64,000 bases of DNA from Candidatus Saccharimonadota bacterium (GCA_022842995.1 JALHOM010000007.1:78-64077), one strand, 5' to 3'; positions 8,781 to 16,899 are shown, numbered from the stretch's first letter. Numbers and translations: made by a program. The notes: generated by a model from the sequence alone, not told the origin.

Positions 8781-9799
8781 TCGTCGGCCATTCGTATGCC
8801 TCGCTGGGTCATCTCGGCGTTGAGAGGCAGTGAGTTAATGAGTGCGTGCCTGCCTAGGTTTACCTGGCTAATTCCTACCTCTTGGCCAGTGACTTGAGCA
8901 ATGCGTTCTGCCAGGAAAACATTTGTTGCTTTGTCGGACACTCTGCTGAGTGTTCCAGGCATCAGCACAAACCGCGTAGATCCTGACCGAAAATCTAGCC
9001 TGTCGGAAGCTTTGACGATATCGCGCGGGATACTAGACCCGGCGATACCTCTGGCAGTTATTTCGAGCTGGGAATAACGAGATATGAATCGCAGAAATTC
9101 CGCATCGGACGGAACGCCATCAAGCAGTTTGTTGTCGGGTTTATAGGTTAATTTGTCCCCTCGCCAAGCATATGCTCCCCAGGTTGCCATTGTTCGTCCG
9201 AGAGATTGAGGGTTCGCTCTTCCTGGTACTTCCCTCATCAAAACGACGTCCGGGCGCATATAGGCCAGGGCCGCAATTCCGGTGTTGCATCCCATAGAAC
9301 AGAGGTCGAAAACCGTTTTCCCTGAGTCGAAATGATTTCTATCAAGACCAAATACAGTTAGTGCATCGTGGAGTGCCTGGACACAAGCTCGAGCCGTAGA
9401 TTGAAAGCTGGTGCGCCGAGGTTCAGTATCGCAATACGGCAAGGGGACACTCAGATCGACGCGTTGTTGGCGCGTTAGTTCGGTGTCCTCGAGCTCTAGG
9501 TTAGTTGATGCGCCAGGGAATCCGACCGTAATTACGTCGGCGTTCAGATATTGGCTCAAGACGCTTGAACGGGCCATTTCAAAAGGTCGGGTTGGGTATT
9601 CGCTAAAATTGCAAAATCGTATTATTTTTAAATTGGTTTGATCTTTCGGCGCAAAACGTGTTACTTCCAGTGCCTGCCTAGTCCATGGGTAGTTGCCTCT
9701 GACACTGACCACTGCCTGATTTGTGGCCTCACCTACTTTCATACCCTTGAAATTTTCGGGGTTCTCTAGTGTCGCATTGGTAGGTGGTAAGATTCTCAT
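8768..9799 (-). CDS. Alpha/beta-hydrolase-like protein (divergent paralogue of 12715..13746)
   Basis: 343 aa. The elbow-like DLCSMGCNTGIAALA aligns with VGYSQGATIAAAVA of the 12715 protein. The two also share GF...L(T/S)R..R...LGR blocks. The gene converges on 6693..8780 with a 13-nt overlap. Confidence 0.55.
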   Translation of the reverse strand: MRILPPTNATLENPENFKGMKVGEATNQAVVSVRGNYPWTRQALEVTRFAPKDQTNLKIIRFCNFSEYPTRPFEMARSSVLSQYLNADVITVGFPGASTNLELEDTELTRQQRVDLSVPLPYCDTEPRRTSFQSTARACVQALHDALTVFGLDRNHFDSGKTVFDLCSMGCNTGIAALAYMRPDVVLMREVPGRANPQSLGRTMATWGAYAWRGDKLTYKPDNKLLDGVPSDAEFLRFISRYSQLEITARGIAGSSIPRDIVKASDRLDFRSGSTRFVLMPGTLSRVSDKATNVFLAERIAQVTGQEVGISQVNLGRHALINSLPLNAEMTQRGIRMADDYLG

Positions 9800-9865
9800 A
9801 TACTAATAAAACAATAGACTATCTACTAAAGCAAATTCTACATTATAATAATTGTCTATATGAAA

Positions 9866-10432
9866 TTAGTCGCTGTAGATAGCAACGATGACGGTGTAGT
9901 GGTCAGAAGTATTGGTTTTTATAGGCACGTCGACGACGGCATAGCCGGCCTTGGTGTGGCTAGAGCGCAACATGCATTCTTTGTGTGCTGGGCTATCGAT
10001 CCATGATCGTACGAAGTAGTTTGGGTCAATAACTTCGTTGATATTTAAGTTTTCGCAGGCAAAGGTATAAGGCAAGTTCTGCTCGTCCATAAGATTATTA
10101 AAAAGGCGACCATCAGGACTTTTGTGAGCGTAGTAGACTTTGTCCTTCATGTCTGCAGCACGCTCTTCGGCAATTCGGTCCAAATCACTCGATCGAGAAA
10201 TGGTTGATAAGCCGTTTGACGAACGCGTTGAGTTGATGAGATCGACTGTTTTCTGTAGTTCAGCGTTCTGATATTGCGCCGTAGTTGTTTGAGCAGTAGT
10301 GCTACTCAGCACCTCTGGAGTTCTGGCACTTGTAGGGTTGGTGAAATTTAGCAAGAAACCAGCGAATAAGCCTGCCGAAGCGAGGATATTGACGGCAATA
10401 ATTACGCTGTGCTTGTGCTTTCTCCACCACAT
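9866..10432 (-). CDS. CAP/SCP (YkwD-like) domain secreted protein
   Basis: The sequence contains RIAEERAADM...YAHKSPDG...WIDSPAHKECML...AGYAVV and an N-terminal TM anchor. I prefer the ATG at 10432 (MWWRKHKH...) because the track start at 10453 would place a TGCTATAAT -10 box inside the CDS. Confidence 0.75.
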   Translation of the reverse strand: MWWRKHKHSVIIAVNILASAGLFAGFLLNFTNPTSARTPEVLSSTTAQTTTAQYQNAELQKTVDLINSTRSSNGLSTISRSSDLDRIAEERAADMKDKVYYAHKSPDGRLFNNLMDEQNLPYTFACENLNINEVIDPNYFVRSWIDSPAHKECMLRSSHTKAGYAVVDVPIKTNTSDHYTVIVAIYSD

Positions 10433-10441
10433 AACAGCAAT

Positions 10442-10450
10442 ATTATAGCA
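10442..10450 (-). promoter_or_regulatory. Extended -10 promoter element (TGCTATAAT) for the CAP-domain gene; near-leaderless
   Basis: The reverse complement of 10442-10450 is TGCTATAAT. The ATG at 10432 begins 9 nt after the -10 hexamer. Confidence 0.4.
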
Positions 10451-10534
10451 CAATTGTCAACTATAAGCAATAGCTTTATATAGAGCGAAGCCCCAGGTTC
10501 ACTTCCCTGTTTACGTTACGCTGTTTTATGGCCT

Positions 10535-10857
10535 GACGCTTGTATAGCGCCGAGGCGCATATAATCCGCAGTCTTTCTCGTAGCAATTCGCTGTACAGCG
10601 AACTTTGATTATCGTACTCCTTACGACAAATCCCTAGCGGGATTTCAACGCACTCTGAAGAGCGCGTTTATCGTCACGTGCTTTCAGCACTTGACGCTTG
10701 TATAGCGCCGCTGCGCATATAATCCGCGGTCTTTCTCGGAGCAAGCTCCTGCGAGAGCCTTTGATTATCGTATTAAATACGACAAATCCCTAGCGGGATT
10801 TCAACGCACTCTGAAGAGCGCGTTTATCGTCACGTGCTTTCAGCACTTGACGCTTGT
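10535..10857 (-). repeat. Tandem repeat (158 + 156 bp units plus a 9-bp partial unit) containing the smpB 3' end and hairpin modules
   Basis: The 80-bp block 10778-10857 (the last 22 smpB codons, the stop, and 12 nt beyond the stop) is repeated perfectly at 10622-10701. The unit junction GACGCTTGT occurs at 10535, 10693 and 10849. Confidence 0.9.
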
Positions 10858-11266
10858 CGTATTTTTTGAGGCCGACACCGGTGGCTATTCGAAGTTTGAT
10901 GTAGCGACCTTGGGTCAAAAGCTCGGTGGGAATAATTGATTTGCCTTGTTTTTTAGCCTCGATCAGCTGGTCTATCTCGCGTCTTTTTAAAAGCAGCTTC
11001 CGACTTCTGGTTTGCTCGGTTTCGTCTAGCTTGACCCCGTTAAATCCTGTAATTGTTGCGTTTAAAAGGAACAGTTCATTTCCTTTTTCGACCACGTAAG
11101 CGCCGCGTAGGTGGCCATGGCCAAGGCGCAAGGCTTTGGTTTCGGCTCCCGTCAGACTTATGCCCGCCACAAAACCATCGCCCAGGGCATAGTCGTGCCG
11201 AGCGCGCTTGTTGGTGATTTTTTTGGTCGTTGCTTGCTTCTTTTTAGCCATAACAGATGTATACAT
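10790..11266 (-). CDS. smpB: SsrA-binding protein
   Basis: 158 aa with NKRARHDYAL...GISLTGAETKALR...LRGAYV...RSRKLLLKRREIDQL...KGKSIIPT...LRIATGVGLKKYDKR. Confidence 0.95.
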   Translation of the reverse strand: MYTSVMAKKKQATTKKITNKRARHDYALGDGFVAGISLTGAETKALRLGHGHLRGAYVVEKGNELFLLNATITGFNGVKLDETEQTRSRKLLLKRREIDQLIEAKKQGKSIIPTELLTQGRYIKLRIATGVGLKKYDKRQVLKARDDKRALQSALKSR

Positions 11267-11318
11267 TGTCTAATAGATTACGGATATTTACAAAAAAGAC
11301 AAAAGAGAAAAGAGAAAA

Positions 11319-11500
11319 GGTTAAAGACAGCTGAGTCAAGAGTCATGAGTCATGAGTTAAGATTCGCCTGCGGCGAAAGGAGCTCGTAGCTAGTCGCTAG
11401 TATCTTGTAGCTATGAGCTACTCTTATCTCATATCTCTTAACTCATGACTCTAAAGCAAATATCACTATCGCAAATCATAGAATAAAACATAATCAGCGA
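11319..11500. repeat. Mosaic nested-palindrome intergenic element, copy 1
   Basis: The outer arm GAGTCATGAGTTAAGA pairs with TCTTAACTCATGACTC. These arms enclose hairpins TTCGCC-TGC-GGCGAA (11362-11376) and AGCTCGTAGCTA...TAGCTATGAGCT. The element is homologous to 38834-39221. Confidence 0.8.
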
Positions 11501-11550
11501 GTTTCTAGTTTCTAGTTTCTAGTTTCTAGTTTCTAGTTTCTAGTTTCTAG
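11501..11550. repeat. Heptamer tandem array (GTTTCTA) x7
   Basis: Seven perfect 7-bp units. The stop codon and last five codons of the glycosidase gene (…LETRN*) lie inside the array. Confidence 0.95.
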
Positions 11551-12693
11551 TTGTTTCTGGATTTCGCGTTTGCCGGTATCCCACAAACTTGGGTCGCCCG
11601 CTTTGACTTTGCGCCAGTACCACCACTCTACTCCCCAGACATCGATGGTCTTGATACCGGTGTTTACGCCGTATTCAATACGTTTCTCGAGTCTTTTGGC
11701 ATCGAGTGATTTATTCTGTTCTGGAATATGATCAGGATTATTCATCTTATAGCCTTCTGGGAGCCAAGCCTCAGTTTGGAGTTCGTGGATGATCATATCT
11801 TTGCCAGTGACTAGTTCACCGTATCCAGCAAGTGATGAATAGAACCAGCTTGGATAAGGGTATTCGAAGTAGCGTTTTGTAAGAGTTTTGTCCCAAACGC
11901 GTTTATAGACTGCCACGCCAAACTGATCAGGGGTCGGATCGCCGATTGGTACACCGCCCCAGTTATTGCTGCGGCTGATGGTGAGTTTGGTGTCTGGATC
12001 AATTCGTTTAACAAGCTCGTATTCCTCGACTAGACGTTCTCTGCTGAAGTCCGGGCACTCGCCAAATACGCTCATGAAGAACTCATTCTCAAGCTGGTAG
12101 CTTTCTAGTGCGGGGCTGTCTTTGTAGCGTTCCACGGTAGCTGCTATGAAGGCATAGAGATCATTTTTCCATTCGGCTATTGGCCTGCCTTTGGCCCATG
12201 CAGGCTCGTGGCACTCTGGCCAGCGTGGTTGCCTCAGGCCTATGGCAAGCGAAACTTCAACTCCAGCGGCTTCGGCTTTTCGGAACTGCCAATCAAGTTC
12301 GCTGAAGTCGTATGTACCTTTGGTTTTCTCGATATCTTTCCAGTAACTTACCAGCCGAAAGCGCTCAAATCCTATGTCATTGATCAAGGCGTCCATGGTT
12401 TCCTGGGGGTCAAGTCCAAAATAACGAGCGTAATTGGGTATAAACGTAGCCCCTATTTTGAGCTCTTCGTTTCGGTGTTTAACGGTGTAGTAGACGGATC
12501 CAAGATATGTAAAAAGTGTAATTAACCCAAAGCAAATTGCGAGCACGAGTGCTCCTTTTTGGACTACATTGAAGCGCTGAATGCGACTCTTGACTTTGGC
12601 CCACGTGCTGCCTGTTGATTTAGTGTATCTAGATTTTTGACTTCCCATTAAATCTCTAACCAAAAGCGGTTTACCTTTGCCATATGATAGCAC
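11533..12693 (-). CDS. Membrane-anchored glycoside hydrolase (TIM-barrel, clan GH-A-like)
   Basis: 386 aa with an N-terminal TM segment (ALVLAICFGLITLF) and the clan GH-A-like YQLENEFF (NE) motif, plus FRLVSYWKDIEKTKGTYDF. The start is uncertain: GTG at 12693 or ATG at 12648. Confidence 0.6.
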   Translation of the reverse strand: MLSYGKGKPLLVRDLMGSQKSRYTKSTGSTWAKVKSRIQRFNVVQKGALVLAICFGLITLFTYLGSVYYTVKHRNEELKIGATFIPNYARYFGLDPQETMDALINDIGFERFRLVSYWKDIEKTKGTYDFSELDWQFRKAEAAGVEVSLAIGLRQPRWPECHEPAWAKGRPIAEWKNDLYAFIAATVERYKDSPALESYQLENEFFMSVFGECPDFSRERLVEEYELVKRIDPDTKLTISRSNNWGGVPIGDPTPDQFGVAVYKRVWDKTLTKRYFEYPYPSWFYSSLAGYGELVTGKDMIIHELQTEAWLPEGYKMNNPDHIPEQNKSLDAKRLEKRIEYGVNTGIKTIDVWGVEWWYWRKVKAGDPSLWDTGKREIQKQLETRN

Positions 12694-12714
12694 TTTGCAA
12701 TAGACTTAGCTACA

Positions 12715-13746
12715 ATGACGTCTAAAATCGAGCCAAATAAATCAGAGTTATACACAACCGTTGCCTGGGACTATGACGATATGAGGGCTAGTATCCCGGC
12801 ATTTATTCATCGGGCAGTCGATGAATTTAATGAACTGGAATTCGAGGACTTGCTACAGAATGCGACTAAGCATCTACGTCACGATGCGCAGTCTGGTCTA
12901 GAGTATCTGCATTTAAATACCCGTTCGAGCTCGGAAGATGAAGTGGTGGTGCACTTTAACCCATTTATGCTCAGTTTTGACGCAAATATGCTACTTAGAG
13001 CACGGTTTTTAGCCTCTTGCATATCAGCCAGTGAGATACGTGATGATACTGGCAAACGGCTGAGTTTGATTGGCTTTGCGTCACCCAATGGCGACGGGAC
13101 GTTGAGACTAAGCCGTCGCGAACGGCGTACGTCGGCCAGGGGTGATTTTTCTTTGCTGGCACGTAACTATATCGGAGTTATTTCGCGACTTGGATACAAA
13201 AAACTCAGGATTGTTGGTTACTCGCAAGGGGCAACTATTGCAGCGGCGGTTGCTGCAGAGGCGCTTCGATCAGGGTTGGGCGTTAGCCACGTTGCTCTCG
13301 GCGAGCCGGCCAATGTCATGCGCCGGGGTCCGCTTAGACTTGGGCGGGACTTTTCGGCGGCAAATCGGTTACTCAATAAGGCTATAGACGACGGTGGGCT
13401 TGAGCACATGAAACGATTCCACTTTTCTTATCGCCCTGCACTCGGCCTTATCTGGGCCTTTCGTAAGTCGCCACGCAAAAACATCAGTGTTATTCGTGGA
13501 CTAGGTAAAGACGGACTCAAGAAGGATCTTCGTATTTTGGCATCCAGTCCTGCCTCATTAACTGTGTCTTATGGGTCTTTGAATCGGGTATGTCCCAAAA
13601 AGGTGATCGAAAAAATATTCTTATCAGCCAGGAGCGACCCGGAGGCGCATTCGCTTCATTCGGTGGAGATCAAGGGCGCACATCATGTCTGGGGCGATAG
13701 ACTAGATCTTTTGGCTTACTTTTATTACTACGCACTTACTCGCTAG
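12715..13746 (+). CDS. Alpha/beta hydrolase family protein
   Basis: 343 aa with nucleophile elbow IVGYSQGA and a C-terminal KGAHHVWGD (candidate catalytic His). Confidence 0.65.
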   Translation: MTSKIEPNKSELYTTVAWDYDDMRASIPAFIHRAVDEFNELEFEDLLQNATKHLRHDAQSGLEYLHLNTRSSSEDEVVVHFNPFMLSFDANMLLRARFLASCISASEIRDDTGKRLSLIGFASPNGDGTLRLSRRERRTSARGDFSLLARNYIGVISRLGYKKLRIVGYSQGATIAAAVAAEALRSGLGVSHVALGEPANVMRRGPLRLGRDFSAANRLLNKAIDDGGLEHMKRFHFSYRPALGLIWAFRKSPRKNISVIRGLGKDGLKKDLRILASSPASLTVSYGSLNRVCPKKVIEKIFLSARSDPEAHSLHSVEIKGAHHVWGDRLDLLAYFYYYALTR

Positions 13747-13786
13747 AGCCAACGGACCATGGTTGGCGTGATATATTGAGTGGTAT

Positions 13787-14608
13787 ATGGAACGCACTGC
13801 AGGCCCTACGCTGTCAATTGTGATACCGGTGTATAACGAGGCGCTCGATCTTGCCGCTTGTTTAGATACGATTGCTCAGCAAACATCCGCGCCAGATGAA
13901 GTTATCGTAGTTGACAACAATTCAACTGACGAGAGTATGGAAATTGCTTTGCGTTATCCATTTGTCAAGATTGTTGTAGCCAAAAAACAAGGTATTGTGC
14001 ACGCCAGAAATGCTGGGTTCGATGCCGCAAAAAGCGACATCATCGGCCGGATAGATGCGGACTCTCGCCTCAAGCCTGGTTGGGTTGAGTCGGTGAAGCG
14101 ATATTATCATAGCCAAGAACACATGAGTCGTGCAGTGAGTGGACGTGGCTATTACTATAATCTGAGGTGGCCGATGTTTGCGGGTATGCTCCAGCACGAC
14201 ATCGCTTTTGAATATAACCGTTTAATTTTGGGAGGCTATATTTTGTGGGGATCAAATATGGCTATTCCGCGTACTTTATGGCACGAGATTAAGCAGGAAG
14301 TTTGTCGACGTACCGATATTCATGAGGATATCGACCTGGCCATACATCTAAAGCATCGTGGATATTCGGTAGATTATCGCAAGAGCTTGATGGTGGGCGT
14401 AAAGATGCGACGCATACATACCGAAAGGACTCAGCTGTGGCCGAATCTTATGCTGTGGCCAAAAACCTTTAAGGCCCACGGTTTTCCTGCTTGGCCAATG
14501 GCAACATTCGGAGCGATTTTCCTGTACTTTTCGGCCATGCCTCTTCGGTGGTTCGAAAGGTTTACGATGGCGACAGCCGGTCGGCCTCGCCGCAGGCGTA
14601 ATATCTAA
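13787..14608 (+). CDS. Glycosyltransferase family 2
   Basis: 273 aa with LSIVIPVYNEA, VIVVDNNSTDES and RIDADS (DxD-like). Confidence 0.85.
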   Translation: MERTAGPTLSIVIPVYNEALDLAACLDTIAQQTSAPDEVIVVDNNSTDESMEIALRYPFVKIVVAKKQGIVHARNAGFDAAKSDIIGRIDADSRLKPGWVESVKRYYHSQEHMSRAVSGRGYYYNLRWPMFAGMLQHDIAFEYNRLILGGYILWGSNMAIPRTLWHEIKQEVCRRTDIHEDIDLAIHLKHRGYSVDYRKSLMVGVKMRRIHTERTQLWPNLMLWPKTFKAHGFPAWPMATFGAIFLYFSAMPLRWFERFTMATAGRPRRRRNI

Positions 14609-14691
14609 GGCGACCGTGTATGGGACCCTTGTTATCGGCTAAGATCTGGCCGTCGCACTGGATTATTTTCGTGGGTTGATATAATAGCCTG

Positions 14692-15921
14692 ATGCGCATC
14701 GGAATTTTCACTGATGATTATTATGCCCGAGAAAGTGGCATGATCACGTCTATTAATCTCCTTCGCCAAGGTCTCGTCGAGGCTGGTCACGAAGTGTATA
14801 TAATTGCCCCGCGACCAGATAAAAAACACCCGCTTCCGGCAGATGACCATGTTGTTTTGGTGAGGTCGTTTAGCGCTATTTTATTTAAGGGTATCCGCTC
14901 TGCTATCCCGACCAAAAAAGAGTACCGCAAAATAGTCGATCTCGAACTCGATATTGTGCATTCTATGACACAACATAACCTCGGTGTGCTGGCCTATAAA
15001 GTGGCCCAAGAATTGGACATACCCCACGTAACGACGTATCACACCATGTTTCCAGAGTTGGCGAGGTTCTACCCTCACAGAGTCGTGATTTTAACGTTCT
15101 TTACAAAGTTTCTTTATGGAAAATGGCTCGGTATTGGCAACCAGGTTGCTTGGCCAAAAATAAGCTGGCTGTATAAAGTCCCAGAATCCGATAAAAAGGA
15201 TTTTATGAGAGATGGATGGGAAATGATTGCTGCCTTTGGTGAAGTCTGTGACGGAATCGTCGTGCCCTCGAGGCATATGGGGAAAATACTACTGCCTCAC
15301 CAGGAATTTGAACGTCCTATGGCGGTAGTTCCGACGGGAATTGACAAGGACTTCTTTGATGGTGAGCGAACTCGATCGTTTCTTCGAAAAAAACAACTAG
15401 AAGTAGCAGTCATTGGCCGTGTCAGTGACGAAAAGAGAGTATCGACTATTATCGAAGCGCAAAACGATGTCGACAATGTGAGGCTACATATTGTTGGAGA
15501 TGGGCCGGAATTGCCAGTTTGTAAGACAAAAATTAAATATCTAGGCCTTGAGAGTAGAACGATTTTTTATGGCGCAAGAACCAGAAAATTTGTGAGAAAA
15601 ATTCTACTAAAGAGTGATATTTTGGTTTTAGCGTCGCTTGATTTTGATACCCAAGGCATGGTTTTGCTGGAAGCGGCAGCCGCGGGAACCCCCGTGGTTT
15701 ATTCTGACAAAAAGCTAGCCAAAAGTTGCGCGCCGAAGGGTTCGATTTGCGCCGGACCAACCAAAGATCATTTACGGCAAGTTTTCGAGCGATTGCTCTC
15801 AGGAGGCTATGATCTAGAAGCTATGTCAGTGTATTCCAAGGAATTTGCAGCGCTTAACACGTATCAGTTATTCGCCGCCAAAACGGTATCTTTCTACGAA
15901 AAACTACTCAAAAACAAATAA
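14692..15921 (+). CDS. Glycosyltransferase family 4 (glycolipid-synthase-like)
   Basis: 409 aa. The N-terminus MRIGIFTDDYYARESGMITSINLL...GHEVYIIAP and the GT-B C-terminal motif GMVLLEAAAAGTPVV are present. Confidence 0.8.
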   Translation: MRIGIFTDDYYARESGMITSINLLRQGLVEAGHEVYIIAPRPDKKHPLPADDHVVLVRSFSAILFKGIRSAIPTKKEYRKIVDLELDIVHSMTQHNLGVLAYKVAQELDIPHVTTYHTMFPELARFYPHRVVILTFFTKFLYGKWLGIGNQVAWPKISWLYKVPESDKKDFMRDGWEMIAAFGEVCDGIVVPSRHMGKILLPHQEFERPMAVVPTGIDKDFFDGERTRSFLRKKQLEVAVIGRVSDEKRVSTIIEAQNDVDNVRLHIVGDGPELPVCKTKIKYLGLESRTIFYGARTRKFVRKILLKSDILVLASLDFDTQGMVLLEAAAAGTPVVYSDKKLAKSCAPKGSICAGPTKDHLRQVFERLLSGGYDLEAMSVYSKEFAALNTYQLFAAKTVSFYEKLLKNK

Positions 15922-15950
15922 TCCCCATAAGAACTAGATTTTCCTCGCAT

Positions 15951-15998
15951 TTAACCCGGGTTAGCGAGAAATTTATCGTCGAAGTGATGCTTAACCAA
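15951..15998 (-). pseudogene. Displaced copy C of the cobO 3' end (reads LVKHHFDDKFLANPG*)
   Basis: My translation of the reverse complement. Across the shared codons it differs from the live cobO end only at synonymous positions. Confidence 0.7.
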
Positions 15999-16077
15999 GC
16001 CTCAAAAAAAGCAGGCTTTTCCGGGGACCCCGTAGCGAAAATCAAACGCCAAGATTTCACGGTCCATCTTGGCCTTA

Positions 16078-16134
16078 CTAGTAATCTATGCCTGGGTTGG
16101 CTAAAAACTTGTCATCAAAGTGGTGTTTGACCAT
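16078..16134 (-). pseudogene. Displaced copy B of the cobO 3' end (reads MVKHHFDDKFLANPGIDY*)
   Basis: My translation. It has 6 nt differences from the live end over 45 nt, all synonymous. Confidence 0.75.
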
Positions 16135-16212
16135 GCCCCAGAAAAACTAGTTTTCCCGGGGGCCCCGAATGAAAATTAAGCATCACGGTCTGACAAGGCT
16201 CGTACAGTCTTA

Positions 16213-16782
16213 CTAGTAATCTATGCCTGGGTTGGCAAGGAATTTATCATCAAAGTGATGCTTAATTTTGGTCATGTTGGTGGCGATGTCTACTTTTGGA
16301 AGAAGTTGTTCTGGAAAATCACGTCCAGTGAGGCATAGGCTGGTTTGTGGGTGTTTTTTGTCGATTAATTCTTCTAGTTTTGATACCTCTAGTAAACCGT
16401 CATGGACCGCGTTGTTGATCTCGTCGCATATAACCAACTGATACTCTCCGCTCGAGGCGGCTTTTAAGGCCTCTTGATATGTTTCTTCGGCTGCTTGTTT
16501 GTGTTGTTCCTCGCTGACGTTTGTTGCGCTCAAGTCGCCGGCAGAGTAAAACCCCTTGCCACCTTTATAAAAATAAAGCTGATCGCCATAAACTGGCTCG
16601 ATGTCGCGGATAAAGGCGTGCTCACCGACGCCCCAATATTTGATGAACTGTATAAAGGCGACGTTCCAGCGGGTGCCGAGGGCACGTGCTAAAAGCCCGA
16701 CAGAGGCGCTGGTTTTACCCTTCCCTTCACCGGTATAGACAACAACGACGCTGTCTTTGGTTTTGAAATCTTCGAAGGCCAT
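16213..16782 (-). CDS. cobO: ATP:cob(I)alamin (corrinoid) adenosyltransferase, CobA/CobO/BtuR family
   Basis: P-loop VVVYTGEGKGKTSASVGLLARALG, FIQFIK, and LVICDEINNAV. I use the ATG at 16782 (MAFEDFK...) rather than the track start at 16818. Confidence 0.8.
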   Translation of the reverse strand: MAFEDFKTKDSVVVVYTGEGKGKTSASVGLLARALGTRWNVAFIQFIKYWGVGEHAFIRDIEPVYGDQLYFYKGGKGFYSAGDLSATNVSEEQHKQAAEETYQEALKAASSGEYQLVICDEINNAVHDGLLEVSKLEELIDKKHPQTSLCLTGRDFPEQLLPKVDIATNMTKIKHHFDDKFLANPGIDY

Positions 16783-16794
16783 TACACTACAGTT

Positions 16795-16872
16795 TAAAGG
16801 TAAAAGAGTAAAGAGCAAAGTTTAAAGACCAAAGACCAAAGATTAAAGATTAAAGAGCAAGAGTAAAGCGTG
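16795..16872. repeat. Purine-rich word-repeat tract (AAAGAnn units) just upstream of the cobO start
   Basis: The tract reads taaaggtaaaagagtaaagagcaaagtttaaagaccaaagaccaaagattaaagattaaagagcaagagtaaagcg. The same word family appears at 38821-38850, 38985-39005 and 52075-52156. Confidence 0.7.
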
Positions 16873-16899
16873 AAGGGCTGGTTGGCTTAGGGGAAGAGT

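Noticed and set aside
10454-10790. tmRNA (ssrA) expected next to smpB
   Set aside because: Neither strand shows a GGGG... 5' acceptor, a tRNA-like TTCGA T-arm with an ACCA end, or a tag ORF. The region is instead explained by the tandem smpB-end repeat. This still needs a covariance-model search.
11111-11389. A 92-aa plus-strand ORF spanning the smpB 5' end and the mosaic repeat (…SRVMSHELRFACGERSS)
   Set aside because: It is antisense to smpB and then reads through repeat words. The same repeat DNA elsewhere is non-coding.
11501-11550. CRISPR array (here, at 39222-39266, or at the 180-bp repeats)
   Set aside because: The 7-bp units are contiguous with no spacers. The 156-180-bp units are far longer than CRISPR repeats and include gene ends. 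No cas genes are present; the Cas2-like fold in 26305..26790 is of the PaaX-C type.
15951-16275. Diversity-generating retroelement (TR/VR pair) as the explanation for near-identical copies of a gene 3' end
   Set aside because: The differences are not confined to adenine positions. They are synonymous, which is the opposite of what diversification would produce. No reverse transcriptase gene lies in the window.
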